From positions 52,886,001 through 52,950,000 of the forward strand of contig OX597823.1 in the NCBI GenBank assembly GCA_951406725.2: DNA of 64,000 nt, read 5' to 3'. The stretch's first letter is position 1. Every line of letters starts with the position of its first letter. The position numbers and the translations under genes are program-made. Below the pieces are notes generated by a model. It did no database searches, was not told where the DNA came from, and worked only from the letters and a program-made list of their open reading frames with translations. Source of the stretch: Octopus vulgaris. Taxonomy: Eukaryota. Of the stretch, positions 23,292 to 40,951 are shown one piece after another.

Positions 23292-24319
23292 GTCTACGGC
23301 GTCACTCATCCCGCAAGAAAAGGCAGGTATGTATCCTTTAAATCATTCTCTATCAACTTATTGGTTTCAAATTTTGGTAAAGGGCCAGCAATTTTGGAGG
23401 AGGGTTCAAGTCAATTATATCGACCCCATTACTAGGCTGGTACTTATTTTATTTATTCTGAAGGAATGAGAAGTCAGCAATTTTAGTCGAACACTTCGAC
23501 CCCGCTATTCAACTAGTAAAAGATAAATGGCAAAGTCGACCTCGGCCGAATTCGAAATCAGAACTTAAAGCCAGAAAAAGATGCCACTAACGCCTATGTC
23601 TGCTTACCACCAACAGAATGGTACACTGGATAATGTAGTCCAAGAGACAATGCTTAAAAACAAGGCGGGATGGTCAAAAATGGAATGTCTTCAATTATAG
23701 ATATGTTCGATATGACAGACTTTAGTATAATAACTCTAGAACTATATTTTAAAAAGTATCACAGCCCAAATTTTGAATTTGTTTTGTAGTGAAACTCATG
23801 AATATATGAGAATATTTTTGTATATATTTGTATCTACATAGAAATTATTTTTGCTAATGTGTATATCAGACTGAACGTATAGGCCTTGTCTTTCTTCATT
23901 AGTTACTTGAATTCGTACAATGTTAAGTTATGTTACGTTAAAAGAGTCCGATAGAATAAGTACCAGATTTAAAACAAATACGGGGTTGATTTGTTCGATT
24001 GAATCCTAGAAGGCGACGCTCGTGCATGGCTGTAGTCCAATGAATGAAACAGATAAATGAGTAAAATAATCCAAAAGCATATGTGAATATTCTTTGTTAG
24101 TTTGTCTCGATGTAACATGTGTTGCTTTATAAACATCATATTATAATTAAAATGAATTGTTGTGTACTGTTGTGTTTAACGGATTATCTGACTGCAGATA
24201 TCGTCGAGGTGATGCTGTTGTTTAACCATAAGTTTGCCCTGAACGAGCTAACCTATGAGTAAAGGTGCTCTGGCCATAACGATCCATTGTTTTCTTTCCA
24301 AGACATGATACCAAGTGGT

Positions 24320-24510
24320 GAACAGGCAGAATCGTTACTGCGTCAGACAAAATGGTTAGCAGCTTTTCTCCCGGCTTTACGTTCTGTGTTCAAATTCCGC
24401 CGAGATCAACTTTTCTTTTCCTTATTTAGGGGTCGATAAAATAAAGTACCAGTAGAGTAATAGGTTCAATGTAATCGACTAGATCCCCACCCACCACAAA
24501 TTTCGCAGAC
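24320..24510 (+). mobile_element. SINE family B, diverged
   Basis: ggcagaatcgtta...gttcaaattccgccgag...ggggtcgataaaataaagtaccag. Confidence 0.75.
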
Positions 24511-24760
24511 GCGGATGAGATTTGGCGCAGGTATAGCTAAGTAGTAAGAATTTTGGTTGGTTCCTAAAACATGGTTCCGGGTTCAGTAGTACCATTGCGT
24601 GACACCTTTGATAAATGTCTTCTACTATACGCGCAGGTCGACCAAAATCTTGTGACTGGATTTGGTAGACGAAAACCAAAAGAAGCTGGTTAAGTGCTCG
24701 CGCGTGTGTGCATATAGTTATATATATGTGTATATATATGTGTATATATATATGTACATA

Positions 24761-24853
<93 letters not shown>

Positions 24854-24854
<1 letters not shown>

Positions 24855-25045
24855 ACGGGAAGCTTTATGAAAATAAACAAAAGACGAAGGCAGGTGGAAT
24901 ACAAACAAACAATTGTATTAGTATGGCGCTCAGGAATATAAATAAAACAAGTCTTTTACGTTTCGAGCCTACGCTCTTCAACAGAAAGATACACAGAAAA
25001 GAAACACGGAAAGAAACAAGGAGAGAAAAAAAATGCGTGCAGAAG
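24854..25045 (-). mobile_element. PLE terminal fragment (family 2) inserted in (TA)n
   Basis: Shares tttctgtgt..ctttctgt(t/c)gaagagcgtaggctcgaaacgtaaaagact with 2213-2262; (TA)n on both flanks. Confidence 0.65.
24952..24989 (-). ncRNA. Minimal type-I hammerhead ribozyme, family 2
   Basis: tcttt-CTGTTGA-A-GAGC-gtag-GCTC-GAAA-CG-TA-aaaga, with a perfect 5-bp stem I. Confidence 0.65.
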
Positions 25046-25062
25046 CTACCAAATCAACATGG

Positions 25063-25151
<89 letters not shown>

Positions 25152-25153
25152 CA

Positions 25154-25440
25154 CAGTAATAACTCACTTTACGAGGACTCGCTTTACCCGGGTTTACGAG
25201 TTTTATTTTTCAAGCACAACATCCAGATTATGAACGAAGTGCAAAAGTTTCTACTACCATAACACTCTTCTGCGTGTTACCGAGAAATTTATAGAGATCG
25301 AAAAAAAGTTTCTTCTAAGCAAACACCTCAATACTTGCCTTTTAAAAAGAATGCTACGAGTGCTTGTGAATCGGCTATTGAGTCCACAAGTGAAGGTGTG
25401 CGCGAGTCTAGTGTGAATGAACGTAATTCAGAAAATGATG

Positions 25441-25498
<58 letters not shown>

Positions 25499-25739
25499 TA
25501 ATTTTTATTATAAATCATCTTGACATTCCTTTAACTTTACATAAAATATTCTTTACATTTTACTGTTGTTTTATTGCTATTGATTTACGAGTATTATAAA
25601 TTATATGGGTAAAATATTCTCCTGGGAACCAATTACTATTTATAACATTGCTACTCTGGAAAATTATTGCCCTGCTTTGCGAGTTTTCGCTTTACGAGCG
25701 ATCGCCCGGAACAAATTTATTCGTATACCGAGGCATTAC

Positions 25740-25741
<2 letters not shown>
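25154..25741. mobile_element. Tigger/pogo-like MITE
   Basis: Imperfect TIRs cagtaataactcactttacga / tcgtataccgaggcattacag with subterminal cgctttac repeats. Confidence 0.6.
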
Positions 25742-25794
<53 letters not shown>

Positions 25795-26401
25795 CATTTC
25801 AGCTTCACGTCCTGTGCTGGTTTGTTTGCGTCTCCGTAACCTAGCGTTTCGGAAAAGATACCGATAGAATAAGTAACAGATTTTTAAATAAGTACTTGTC
25901 TCGATTTATTCCATTAAACACATCTAGGCGGTGCTCTAGCATTGCCGCAATCAAATTACTGAAACAAGTAAAAAGATGAGATTTAAAAGAAAAAAGCAAA
26001 CTTAATATATCTGAAACGTTTTTTTTCTAAATTATCAACGACGCCATTTTTTTCTTCTTCTTAACTTCGGTCGAGTGTGAATTCAAGTATGGATTTTGGC
26101 TTCTTAAATACCAGCAGCTTTCGAATGACTAATGAGAGGACATCCCGCACCTCTGACTATCTATGCTACTGCTGCTGTTGGTATGTAGTTGTATTGATAA
26201 AACAATACAAGTAATCCACCAACTCTTCGTATTGTCTGGCAATAAGAGTTTTGGGGGCTGAGATTATTATTTAGCTTTGTAAGAGAAATAAAGAAGGATC
26301 GCATGGTAGACTGACAGTCACCAAATAAAGCAGTGCTAAACATGGAAGTTTATTTTTCATGCAGACGACGTGGTGGAGATAACATGTATATATATATATA
26401 T

Positions 26402-26484
<83 letters not shown>

Positions 26485-26661
26485 TATATATATATATATA
26501 TATATATATACACGCACATAAACACACATTATATGTATGTATATATACGTATGCATGTATATATATATATATATTTATGTATATATATATATGCATATAT
26601 ACATACATACGTGTATGTATAATATATATATATATATATATATGCATATATACATACACAC

Positions 26662-26717
<56 letters not shown>

Positions 26718-26837
26718 GTATATATTTTATATTTTTATGTGTATATCTATATATACATATAAATACACCTACATATACGTATATATATGTGTGTGTGTAT
26801 GTATGTGTGCATGTATGTATGTATGTATGTATGTATG

Positions 26838-26870
<33 letters not shown>

Positions 26871-27206
26871 GAGAGTGGGTCTGTGTATGTACGTATGTGT
26901 CTGCGTGCCTGTGTGTACGCGCGTGCATGTGCTTATGTATAACAGAAAGCGAGAGAGGGGGAAGGAGGGAGAGAGGGAAAGAAGGAGAGAAAGCAGAGTC
27001 TGGGGGAAAGAGAGCAGAATGGGTATTGTGCATATGTTTAACAAGGTGAACTATGAGGCTACACGGAGAGACGCATAAGGAGCTAAGAAATAAACTGAAA
27101 GACAAACAAGTGGAAAATATATGTACATACATATGTACGTGTGTGCATGTTCATACACATATCATATACATTGTATAATATTCTTATATTATATAACATG
27201 TAAATT

Positions 27207-27320
27207 AAGAGGGTCTGATAAAAAGTTCCTGGCTTCGGGTAAAAGAAAACCAAGGGGGTCGGTTAATTATGATTTTATTTAACATATTCCCTTCTCAGAT
27301 ACACACACTTATTGCAGCGG
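27207..27320. mobile_element. Mariner-like terminal fragment
   Basis: agagggtctgataaaaagttcc...tatttaacatattccct...acacacttattgcagcgg resembles mariner ends. Confidence 0.4.
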
Positions 27321-27430
27321 AGCTTAGGCGTTTCGCTCATAAACACACACATCGCCCGATATGATATTCGAACCCGCGATCCCAAGACCGCGAATCCGCT
27401 GCTATAACCACTAGGCCATGTGCCTCCACA
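27318..27430 (-). mobile_element. SINE family C head fragment
   Basis: Minus strand tggaggcacatggcctagtggttatagcagcggattcgcggtc...gggttcgaat. Confidence 0.75.
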
Positions 27431-27620
27431 TGTATCTAATATAGCTTTATGTTTATCATATTTCAATTTCTTCAGGCATTGAACTGATGCACTTACTTGA
27501 AGGGTTTTAGTTGAAAATCTGCCCACCAGGACGTGCGATATCTTTTCATATTCGTTTCTTTTTAAAGTCTGGTCGGACTTTTTTTTCATCGCTAGGACGT
27601 ACAGGGGAATAATGAACACA

Positions 27621-27716
<96 letters not shown>

Positions 27717-28314
27717 CATACACACAAACTTACTCACACACACATATTAGAGTTACGTAAGATGGGTTTTACAATAGTTTTCGTCTACTAAATTCATTCA
27801 CAGAGCATTGTTTGGGCCAGGTGATATGGTACAAAAAAACTTGCTCATGATGCTGTGCAGTGTCACTGAACCTAATCCTACGTGGTTGCAAGGCCAGGTT
27901 TTTTTTTAACACACAGGCATTCTTATGCTTATATACACATTACGCAGGCATAGAAAAAGATGAATATAAACATAAATATATACATTACATTACAGAATAT
28001 ATGTAAATATAAGATATATAAAAGTATATATATATATTGCGTACATATAAATACATACATAAATATATATATATATTATATATATATGTATATTATAAAT
28101 ATATATATATATAATATATATATATACATACAATATATATACATATATATACACACAAAAATATATATATGTATATATATTGTATATATATGTATATATA
28201 TATATATATATACACATATATATATAAACATATATATAATATATACAGAGGTAGAGACAGACAGACAGACAGACAGACAGGCAGAGAAAGAGACTGACAG
28301 ACAGACATACAGAG

Positions 28315-28367
<53 letters not shown>

Positions 28368-28511
28368 TACATACATATAGACATATATTGTATATATCTA
28401 ATTAGACATGTTTATATGTATATATATTGTATATATATCTACATTAGATAAATAGATATTATATATATTGTGTATATAATATATATATATACATATATAT
28501 ATCTTGTGCGT

Positions 28512-28557
<46 letters not shown>

Positions 28558-28639
28558 TGCTTGTGTATATATATATAATACCTATTTATCAATATATTGG
28601 ATTTGGTAGATGGAAACTGAAAGAAGCCCGTCGTACCCC

Positions 28640-32170
<3,531 letters not shown>

Positions 32171-32174
32171 TATG

Positions 32175-32231
<57 letters not shown>

Positions 32232-32293
32232 ACTATATACTATATATATTGTAATATACCAGACAGCTATAATTATAAGAAATATATATACTT

Positions 32294-32370
<77 letters not shown>

Positions 32371-32697
32371 TATAAGCGTCGATTTTAAATATCTTTGATA
32401 TATATGTATACATATATATTTCTACAATTATGTTTATACATATATATGTCTACATACATATTCATATAATATAATATGTTTTATGTAATGAATGATCTTT
32501 AGATATTATAGATATGTATATTTTACATACTATACACATGGAAGATATGCTATATTGTATATGTACCATACATATCTTATATAAATATATTCAGTATGTG
32601 TCTATATATTTATAGATATGTGTATATATATATATGTATATATGTGCACATATATATGCATATACAATCACATATATATACATATAAATATATGCAT

Positions 32698-32754
<57 letters not shown>

Positions 32755-32859
32755 GCATATACAGACCCATGAACATATATAATATATACTACATAGGCGG
32801 TGCACCAGCATGGCCGCAGTCTAAATGACTTAGAAAAGTGAAAGATGAAATATGAAAGA

Positions 32860-32952
<93 letters not shown>

Positions 32953-33237
32953 GTATAAATGTTCACACACACCCAAGTTATATATATACATATATTTATA
33001 TATATGTATATATATATTTTTTAAGTATGTACATAGATGCACTCTAACACACGCACATGATGTTCTGCTGTCTTTGTACTAAGTACTTGCAGGTACCCTA
33101 AATGCATGTGTCTTTTTCTCTTGGAGTCTTCTACTAATTATTGAAAGTTCAGCAATTATTATTTTCGTTAAATTCTTGCACTGTCTGGCTCAAACACAAA
33201 TGTGAAAGTTTTCTCTTGAGGGTCTGTGAGCGTGTGT

Positions 33238-33287
<50 letters not shown>

Positions 33288-33708
33288 GTCTGTGACAGAG
33301 GTTTTCTCTGGAGAAGCTGTTTATTAAATTCTTCATGCATTATATTGGTCAAGTTCTATGACGACAGCCCAATTTAGAGTGAAGTAGGAACTATAGAACC
33401 CGGAACTGAAGAATTGCGAAAACAAGACATTCCTGTACGTAACGAGTAATAAAAGAAAGAACTGTCCTTAAGGCAAGAAGAAAAGCACTGCTGTAGTATG
33501 GCCGCGACCGCTACCTGATATCAATAAATTTATCTTCGTGCGGTCACCCAGCTTTTTTTTCCTTCTTCCATCGGTCGATTTTGCTGAACCGCTAGAGCAT
33601 GCACGTGTAAACAAGCAAACACCGGTTGTCAAACAAATACCGGTTGTGAGTGACAAACACAAACACACACAAGCATAGATATACACACATACAACATACA
33701 TACATACA

Positions 33709-33742
<34 letters not shown>

Positions 33743-33920
33743 CATACACACATGCATACAAACACACACACTCATGCATGCACACATACACACATACAAA
33801 CACACACTCACACATATATAGAGAGAGATTGATATATACATACATACACATATATATATAAATACATCATATATATATAGATATATGTATGTATGTATCT
33901 GAGCTTATATATGTATCTAT

Positions 33921-34026
<106 letters not shown>

Positions 34027-35110
34027 TGATTTGAATTGATCTAGTTTCAGCTCATGAGCTTTGGCAATGAAAGCCAGGAATTATTTGTATAAATGGCAAT
34101 TAAGTAAATGTAGAAGTCGAAGTATTGAGTGTGTGTGAGCGTGTTTTCTGCTTTGTAATGTAATATGTGTGAGATTAAGGACTTGAGTGTAAGAATAGAT
34201 TTTTAAGCAGTTAGAAAAAGAGAACGAGGGGTATAGAAAGAAAAAGGGAAAATGTAAGGCTATGATAAATGGCTGTGTTTATGACCCTAATAATGAAACC
34301 AGTGATGATATGTGTGTGTGTCTCAATGTCTGTGGTTTCCACCCCACCCACCCACCAGTGCCACGAACGTCACCAGTTCAAAAACGATGTTGGGCTATTT
34401 ACATCCCCATAACACAGCGGTTCAGCAAACGAAAACAGATGCAATAAGAAGTTTAAAAAATTAAATGCTGGGGTCGATTTGTTCGTTTAAACCCTCCGAA
34501 CGAATGCCCCAGTATGGTCTGACGACGTAAAAACGAAATGTCAAAAGCGAAATAGAACGGTTAATCATGCAAACATACATTCATACACACACACGCACAC
34601 ACACACACACACACAAACACACACACGCGCTTACATTCGCACACTCAGGCACACACACACACACACATTATGTTTTAATATTTGTCAAGTTATAATTAAA
34701 AAAATGCAATTTTACATTAAACTAAAGAAATACTCAATACCAAGCATGGTGTTGACAGTGACTTCGAAGATCGACCTGTTAAACATTCACAGTCTGCGGA
34801 AGGCTGAAGAGTCCGAAACTTCGAGGTCACAGTCCACAATGTTCTCGTTAAATCTCAGCATGTATGTATGTGTGTATGTATGTATCTATGCATGTATGTA
34901 TGTATGTATGTATGTATGTATGTATGTATGCATGCATGTATGTATGTATGTATGTATGTATGCATGTATGTATGTATGTATGCATGTATGTATGTATGTA
35001 TGCATGTATGTATGTATGTATGTATGTATGTACGTATAAATTATCTATCTATTTATCTATCTATCTAACCGGCTCTGTCTCTCTGTCTCTCTGTCTCTCT
35101 CTCTCTCTCT

Positions 35111-35527
35111 AGGAGTGGCCGTGTGGTAAGTAGCTTGTTTACCAACCACATGGTTCCGGGTTCAGTCCCACTGCGCGGCACCTTGGGCAAGTGTCTTCTA
35201 CTATAGCCTCGGGCCGACCAATGCCTTGTGAGTGGATTTGGCAGACGGAAACTGAAAAGAAGCCCGTCGTATATATATGTATATATATATATATATGCGT
35301 GTGTGTGTTTGTGTGTCTGTGTTTGTTCCTCTAGCATTGCTTGACAACCGATGCTGGTGTGTTTATGTCCCCGTTACTTAGCGGTTCGGCAAAAGAGAGA
35401 CCGATAGAATAAGTACTGGGCTTACAAAGAATAAGTCCCGGGGTCGAGTTGCTCGACTAAAGGCGGTGCTCCAGCATGGCCGCAGTCAAATGACTGAAAC
35501 AAGTAAAAGAGTAAAAGAGTAAAAGAG
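35111..35527 (+). mobile_element. SINE family A, cleanest copy
   Basis: tRNA-like head (tggccgtgtgg; gggttcagtcc), CORE-like ggcaccttgggcaagtg, internal microsatellite, (gtaaaaga)x3 tail. Confidence 0.92.
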
Positions 35528-36954
35528 TATATATATATATATACATGTAGGTATGTATATATATATGTATGTATATGTATGTATATATACATATGTAAAT
35601 ATATATACGCGTATATATATGTATGTGTTTATGTATATAAACATATAGATAAGATACGCATATACATAAATATAAACATGCATATATATATATATGTGTT
35701 CGTATGTATGTGTACACATACACACATGTATATAGTGTGTACGTATATACTCACAAACATAATATCACCCCCTCTCTCTCTCCTCGTCTCTCTCTCCTTT
35801 TCTCTGAGTGTGTGTGTACACACAAACTTAGATCAGATCCTGCCGGACATACCGCTGGTCAAAAGGCTTTCCGTATATGACCATCGTGACCATCGCGTCC
35901 TTTTATCTTTTTTTTTTAACTGTATATACTTAAGACTACATTGTCTTAATGTTAGTGGCTTTTAATATTGTAATGTGCATTTTGTGTGAGGGTGAAATGG
36001 CTACTGTTTTTCTCAGGTGGAGCAATACTGTGCAGGCTTCCCTTGATATCTTGAATGTGTGTATAGCTGTTAGCTAATGCATGGGCGTTGTGCTAATGTG
36101 TGTATGCGTTTATGCATGTACTCGTTAGTGCGTGTTTGTGTGCGTCGGTAGCGTGAGGAAAAACAAAAAAAAAGTGTGCTGGGGATTTGAGAGACAACTA
36201 AAGAATGAGTGGAAAGAGAGAGACAGACAGAGACAGAGAGTGACAGAGAGAGAGCGAGCGAGAGAGTGCGGCGGGTATAACAGAAACAAAGAGGACGGAA
36301 GAAGAAAGTAGAAGAGAAAAGAAGAATGATAGAAAGATCGTGTTTAATAGTGTGGGTAGTGGTGGTGGTGGTGGTGGTGGCGGTGGGGGAGACAATTGTG
36401 CGAGAGAGAAAGGTAGGGAGATGAAGGTTTATGGCTTATGTAATTAGGAACGCTTGTGTGTTCGTGAGTGTGCGCGCGTCTGTACACGTGTGTGTAGATG
36501 TGTGTGTGTGTGTGCGTTCATGCACGTGAGTATGTAACTGCATGCGCTCCTGTGTATGCATTTCTTCGTGCATGTATGTTTGCGTGCATGCATTGAGACT
36601 ATGGCTTCATGATACGTGCATACGTACATACATACATACATACATACATACATACATACGCACATACATGCACACATACGCACACACATACATACATACA
36701 TTCATACATATATATATACATACATACAATACATACATACATACATACATACATACAGTCATACGCATACACACATACATACATTCATACATATATATAC
36801 ATACAATATATACATACACACATATGCACACACATACTTACATCTATACGTACATACATACATACATACATACATACATACATACATACATACAATAGAT
36901 ACATACATACAATACATTTATACATACAAAACATACACACATACTTATAGACAG

Positions 36955-36958
36955 ACTT

Positions 36959-36995
<37 letters not shown>

Positions 36996-37044
36996 TAGAC
37001 TGACAGACAGACAGACAGACAGACAGATTGATAGATAGATAGAC

Positions 37045-37107
<63 letters not shown>

Positions 37108-37120
37108 CAGATAGATAGAC

Positions 37121-37183
<63 letters not shown>
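36955..37183. repeat. (GACA)n/(GATA)n compound microsatellite
   Basis: Direct reading. Confidence 0.95.
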
Positions 37184-37185
<2 letters not shown>

Positions 37186-37209
37186 TTGTATATGTGTATG
37201 TATTTCGGG

Positions 37210-37523
37210 TTAGTTATTGGATTGCGGCCATGCTGATGCACCGCCTAGAAAAGTTTTAGTAAAATATCGGCCCCAGTTCTTATTTTACAAATCGGGTTCT
37301 TATTCTACTCTTTTCTTATGTCGAACCACTAAGTTATGGTGGCATAAACAAACCAACACCGGTTATCAAGCGGTGAGGGTGAGGGAACAACAAACACAAA
37401 GACACAAAAGAACACATGCACATATACGCGTACGACAGGCTTCCATGCAGTTTCCGTTTACCAAATTAACTCACAAAGCATTCGTCGACCCGGGGTTATT
37501 GTAGTAGTAGTAGTAGTAGTAGC

Positions 37524-37576
<53 letters not shown>

Positions 37577-37587
37577 CAGCAGCAGCA

Positions 37588-37623
<36 letters not shown>

Positions 37624-37875
37624 GTAGTAGTAGTAGTAGATGACTCTTCACTAAGGGGCTGCGCGGTGACCTTCTTAACTTCATAGCCCTACTTGCCCCT
37701 ACGTGCGCGCGTGGAGTAAGAGGCGTGCTTCCCAACGACTTCATTCTGGATTCAGTCCCACTGCGTGGCACCTCGGCTATAGCAGAAGACACTTGCCCAA
37801 GGTGCCACGCAGTGGGACTAAACCTAGAACCATCCGTTCCTGCACCTATGCACACCACAACCACTCCTGCGCCTA
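37210..37875 (-). mobile_element. SINE family A copy interrupted by (TAG)n and other fragments
   Basis: Tail and body at 37210-37500; head at 37770-37875. Confidence 0.6.
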
Positions 37876-37899
37876 TATATATAATTTGTATATATAAAT

Positions 37900-37957
<58 letters not shown>

Positions 37958-37986
37958 CATATATAAAGGTATGTATGTATGTATAC

Positions 37987-38215
37987 CTGGAGGCATGTGG
38001 AGTAGCAGTCAAAGAGTTGGACTCATGGTCGTAAGACTGTTGTTTCTATTCCTAGATTGGGCGATGAGTTTTGTTCTTGAACAAGACACCCCATTTCACG
38101 TTGCTCCACTCCATTCATCTGGTAATAAAATCCCGCGAAGAACCGTTGTCCTCTCTTGGCGAGAGAATATATACGCCACAGAACCTGGAAACCGACCCGA
38201 TGGGACTATATGACT
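37987..38215 (+). mobile_element. tRNA-derived SINE (same type as 3303-3538), diverged
   Basis: tggaggcatgtgg...ggactcatggtcgtaag...cttgaacaagacac...gttgctccactccattcatctgg. Confidence 0.6.
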
Positions 38216-38509
38216 TGAACAGGATCTTTGTCCTTTATCCTTATATAAAGAATGCCAGCCAGAATGTTTCTGGTATTTGTTTCGTCTTTCTATGTTCTGA
38301 GTTCAAATCTCGCTCTAGCTTACTTGACTAGCCGATGCAACATATGCCGCCCAGTTTAGCACCGCCATTTTGCACCTTGGGTGTCGTCTCAGTTTCAAGC
38401 ATTTGGGACAGGTCTCCAGTTTGAGAATATCTTCCTCTTCTGTCTTCCATTAGTCATGAAGTGTCATCACCACTGCCTACATCCCTACAATTAGTAACAA
38501 TAATAGCAC

Positions 38510-38589
<80 letters not shown>

Positions 38590-38593
<4 letters not shown>

Positions 38594-38800
38594 CAAATTT
38601 TGGCCCAAACCTGAAATTTGGGGGGAGGGGGACCAGTTGATTACATCTACCCTAGTATGTAACTGGTACTTATTTCATTGTCCCCGAAAGGATGAAAAGC
38701 AAAACCGGCCTCGACAGAATTTGATTCCAGAACCTGAAGGCGGACGAAATGCTGCTAAGCATTTTTCCCGGGATGCTAACGATTCTGCCAGTTTGGCGCC
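38590..38800 (-). mobile_element. SINE family B
   Basis: actggtacttattt...ccgaaaggatgaaaagcaaa...gctaacgattctgccag. Confidence 0.75.
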
Positions 38801-38833
38801 TTAACAACGACAACAACAACAACGATAATAATG

Positions 38834-38890
<57 letters not shown>

Positions 38891-38903
38891 CAAAAACCTG
38901 AGT

Positions 38904-39590
38904 ATGGCATGGATATACTACAGGAAAGCGTATGACAGTGTCCCACATAAATGGATACTCAAGGCCCTTGAGATATACAAGATCTCTCCTGTCGTCTCAA
39001 AATTCTTAGAGAATAGCATGACCATGTGGAACACACGTCTCTTTTTAAGCCATAGTAATGGGATGAGCCAGTCCAACAGCATCAACATCAAACGAGGCAT
39101 CTTTCAAGGTGACTCCCTCTCTCCATTACTTTTTTGCATGGCACTGATCCCACTCTCAAACGAATTGGATAGTACTAGATATGGGTACAAAGTTTTTAGT
39201 AAATTAATAAACCATCTTTTCTATATGGACGACCTAAAGCTGTTTGCCAGGAATGACCAAGAGCTAGAAGGGCTGCTAACAACTGTTAAAGAGTTTAGCA
39301 ATGATATCGGAATGGATTTTGGCCTTGATAAGTGTGCTAAAGCAACTTTTGTAAGAGGCAAGCTCAGGCAAACAGCTTCTGTTAAATTAGATATTGACAC
39401 TACCATCAAGGAACTTGACCCACAGGAAAGTTACAAATACCTAGGAATCAACGAAGGAGATGGTATACATCATGCTACTATGAAGGAAAAAATAAGAAAG
39501 GAATACTATAGGAGAATAAGGCTTGTACTGAAGACTGAGCTCAACTCCAAAATTGCATTGAGGCCATTAACACCCTGGCACTTCCAGTAG
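38904..39590 (+). CDS. RT domain of R4/Dong-like LINE (partial)
   Basis: KAYDSVPH, RGIFQGDSLSPLLF, HLFYMDDLKLF, FGLDKC, YKYLG. Confidence 0.88.
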   Translation: MAWIYYRKAYDSVPHKWILKALEIYKISPVVSKFLENSMTMWNTRLFLSHSNGMSQSNSINIKRGIFQGDSLSPLLFCMALIPLSNELDSTRYGYKVFSKLINHLFYMDDLKLFARNDQELEGLLTTVKEFSNDIGMDFGLDKCAKATFVRGKLRQTASVKLDIDTTIKELDPQESYKYLGINEGDGIHHATMKEKIRKEYYRRIRLVLKTELNSKIALRPLTPWHFQ

Positions 39591-39679
39591 TCCAGTACAG
39601 TTTTAATATCATTAACTGGAACCTTACGGAACTCCAACGCTTAGACAGGAAGACAAGAAAGTTACTGTCATCCAGGAGC

Positions 39680-40852
39680 ATGCACCACCCTAAGGCAGAT
39701 GTAGACCGCTTGTACCTACCTAGAAGCAGCGGGGGGAGAGGAATGATGCAATTAGAGCTGTGCTATAAGACCTCTACTGTAGGAATGAACAGGTACCTAT
39801 CTAGTACAAAGGACTGGATGCTGCGACTTGTGCGCGAACACGAAAGCAACAAAAAGCTGCATTCTATTGTCAAGGAAGCTTATAAGTTCGAAAGGGAACT
39901 AGACATTAACCTTGAATCAGATGAAGAGCCGGAAACCACTGCTACCAAGCAAGCAAAGCGAATCAAGCAGACTGCAAAAAAGAACGGGCAGAATCAAATT
40001 GAGAGGCGGTGGAGCCAGAAGCCCCTGCATGGACAATATATTCTCCGAAGCCAAAATGCTGATGTAGACCAAGCAACAACCCATCAGTGGCTGAAGAGCT
40101 CTGGATTGAAAGCAGAGACTGAAGGTTTCATAATGGCAGCACAAGATCAAAGCTTGTTTACCAGAAATTACCAGGCTAACGTTCTCCGAAACGGTACTGA
40201 CCCTAAATGCAGATTCTGCGACACATTTGACGAAACGATAGACCATCTCGTTTCGGGATGTCCTGTGCTGACACCAAACGAATACAAAAATCGCCACGAT
40301 AGGGTAGGACAGTATATACATTGGAAGATATGTAAACACTACAAATCCGACACTCCTGCTAACTGGTACGAACACCATCCTCAGCCAGTTGTTGAAGGTA
40401 AAGATGTCACCATCCTCTGGGATTTTCCAGTCAACACTGACAGAACGATCAAGGCTAATCGACCAGACATAATTGTTAAGGACAGGGAAGAAAATACCTG
40501 CAGACTAATAGAAGTAAGCGTCCCCACTGATAAAAATGTATCTGTCAAGGAATTTGACAAACTTAGTAAATATAAGGACCTGGAAATCGAAATACAGAGG
40601 ATGTGGAATCTTAAAACAAAAACTGTTCCTGTTATTGTAGGTGCCCTAGGTATGATAAAAAAGGGATGTCAGAAACACCTAGACAATATCCCTGGAAAAC
40701 CATGTCTCAAGGAAATCCAAAAGATTGTGCTAACAAGTACTGCCCACATCCTTAGAAAACCCTATCAATGTAAATGTCTGTGTTTGCATTACATGGAGAT
40801 ATATCTCTACTTCCCCTCCCCAAGCTTTCAGCTGTATTTCAACAACTCTTAA
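39680..40852 (+). CDS. Thumb, zinc knuckle and RLE endonuclease of R4/Dong-like LINE
   Basis: DVDRLYLPRSSGGRG, AAQDQ, CRFC..ETIDHLVSGC, RHD, RPDIIV..IEVSVP, KYKDL; the true stop is probably near 40772 after a 1-nt shift. Confidence 0.88.
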   Translation: MHHPKADVDRLYLPRSSGGRGMMQLELCYKTSTVGMNRYLSSTKDWMLRLVREHESNKKLHSIVKEAYKFERELDINLESDEEPETTATKQAKRIKQTAKKNGQNQIERRWSQKPLHGQYILRSQNADVDQATTHQWLKSSGLKAETEGFIMAAQDQSLFTRNYQANVLRNGTDPKCRFCDTFDETIDHLVSGCPVLTPNEYKNRHDRVGQYIHWKICKHYKSDTPANWYEHHPQPVVEGKDVTILWDFPVNTDRTIKANRPDIIVKDREENTCRLIEVSVPTDKNVSVKEFDKLSKYKDLEIEIQRMWNLKTKTVPVIVGALGMIKKGCQKHLDNIPGKPCLKEIQKIVLTSTAHILRKPYQCKCLCLHYMEIYLYFPSPSFQLYFNNS

Positions 40853-40951
40853 CCTTCACTTGCCCTAGGGCGCTGGGTGTGCCCCGGCAGGTGATTGCAT
40901 CAAACATGCAGATTAAAAGTAAATGACAATGATAATAATAATAATAATAAT

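Larger units (their letters stand above)
24522..25975 (+). mobile_element. SINE family A split by insertions in its internal microsatellite (head 24522-24700, tail ~25790-25975)
   Basis: Head tggcgcagg...ggttccgggttcag and tail ggcggtgctctagcatt...aacaagtaaaa are ~1.1 kb apart. Confidence 0.65.
38887..40925 (+). mobile_element. Young 5'-truncated R4/Dong-like LINE (RT + CCHC + restriction-like endonuclease)
   Basis: Flanked by (TAA)n on both sides; ORFs 38904-39590 and 39680-40852 are one frame broken by a 1-nt shift. Confidence 0.92.

Noticed and set aside
33375-33450. Possible short plus-strand exon (EVGTIEPGTEELRKQDIP)
   Set aside because: No polypyrimidine tract and no recognisable homology
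36180-36420. GA-rich tract as a GAGA-type promoter
   Set aside because: Indistinguishable from the many (GA)n low-complexity tracts without functional data
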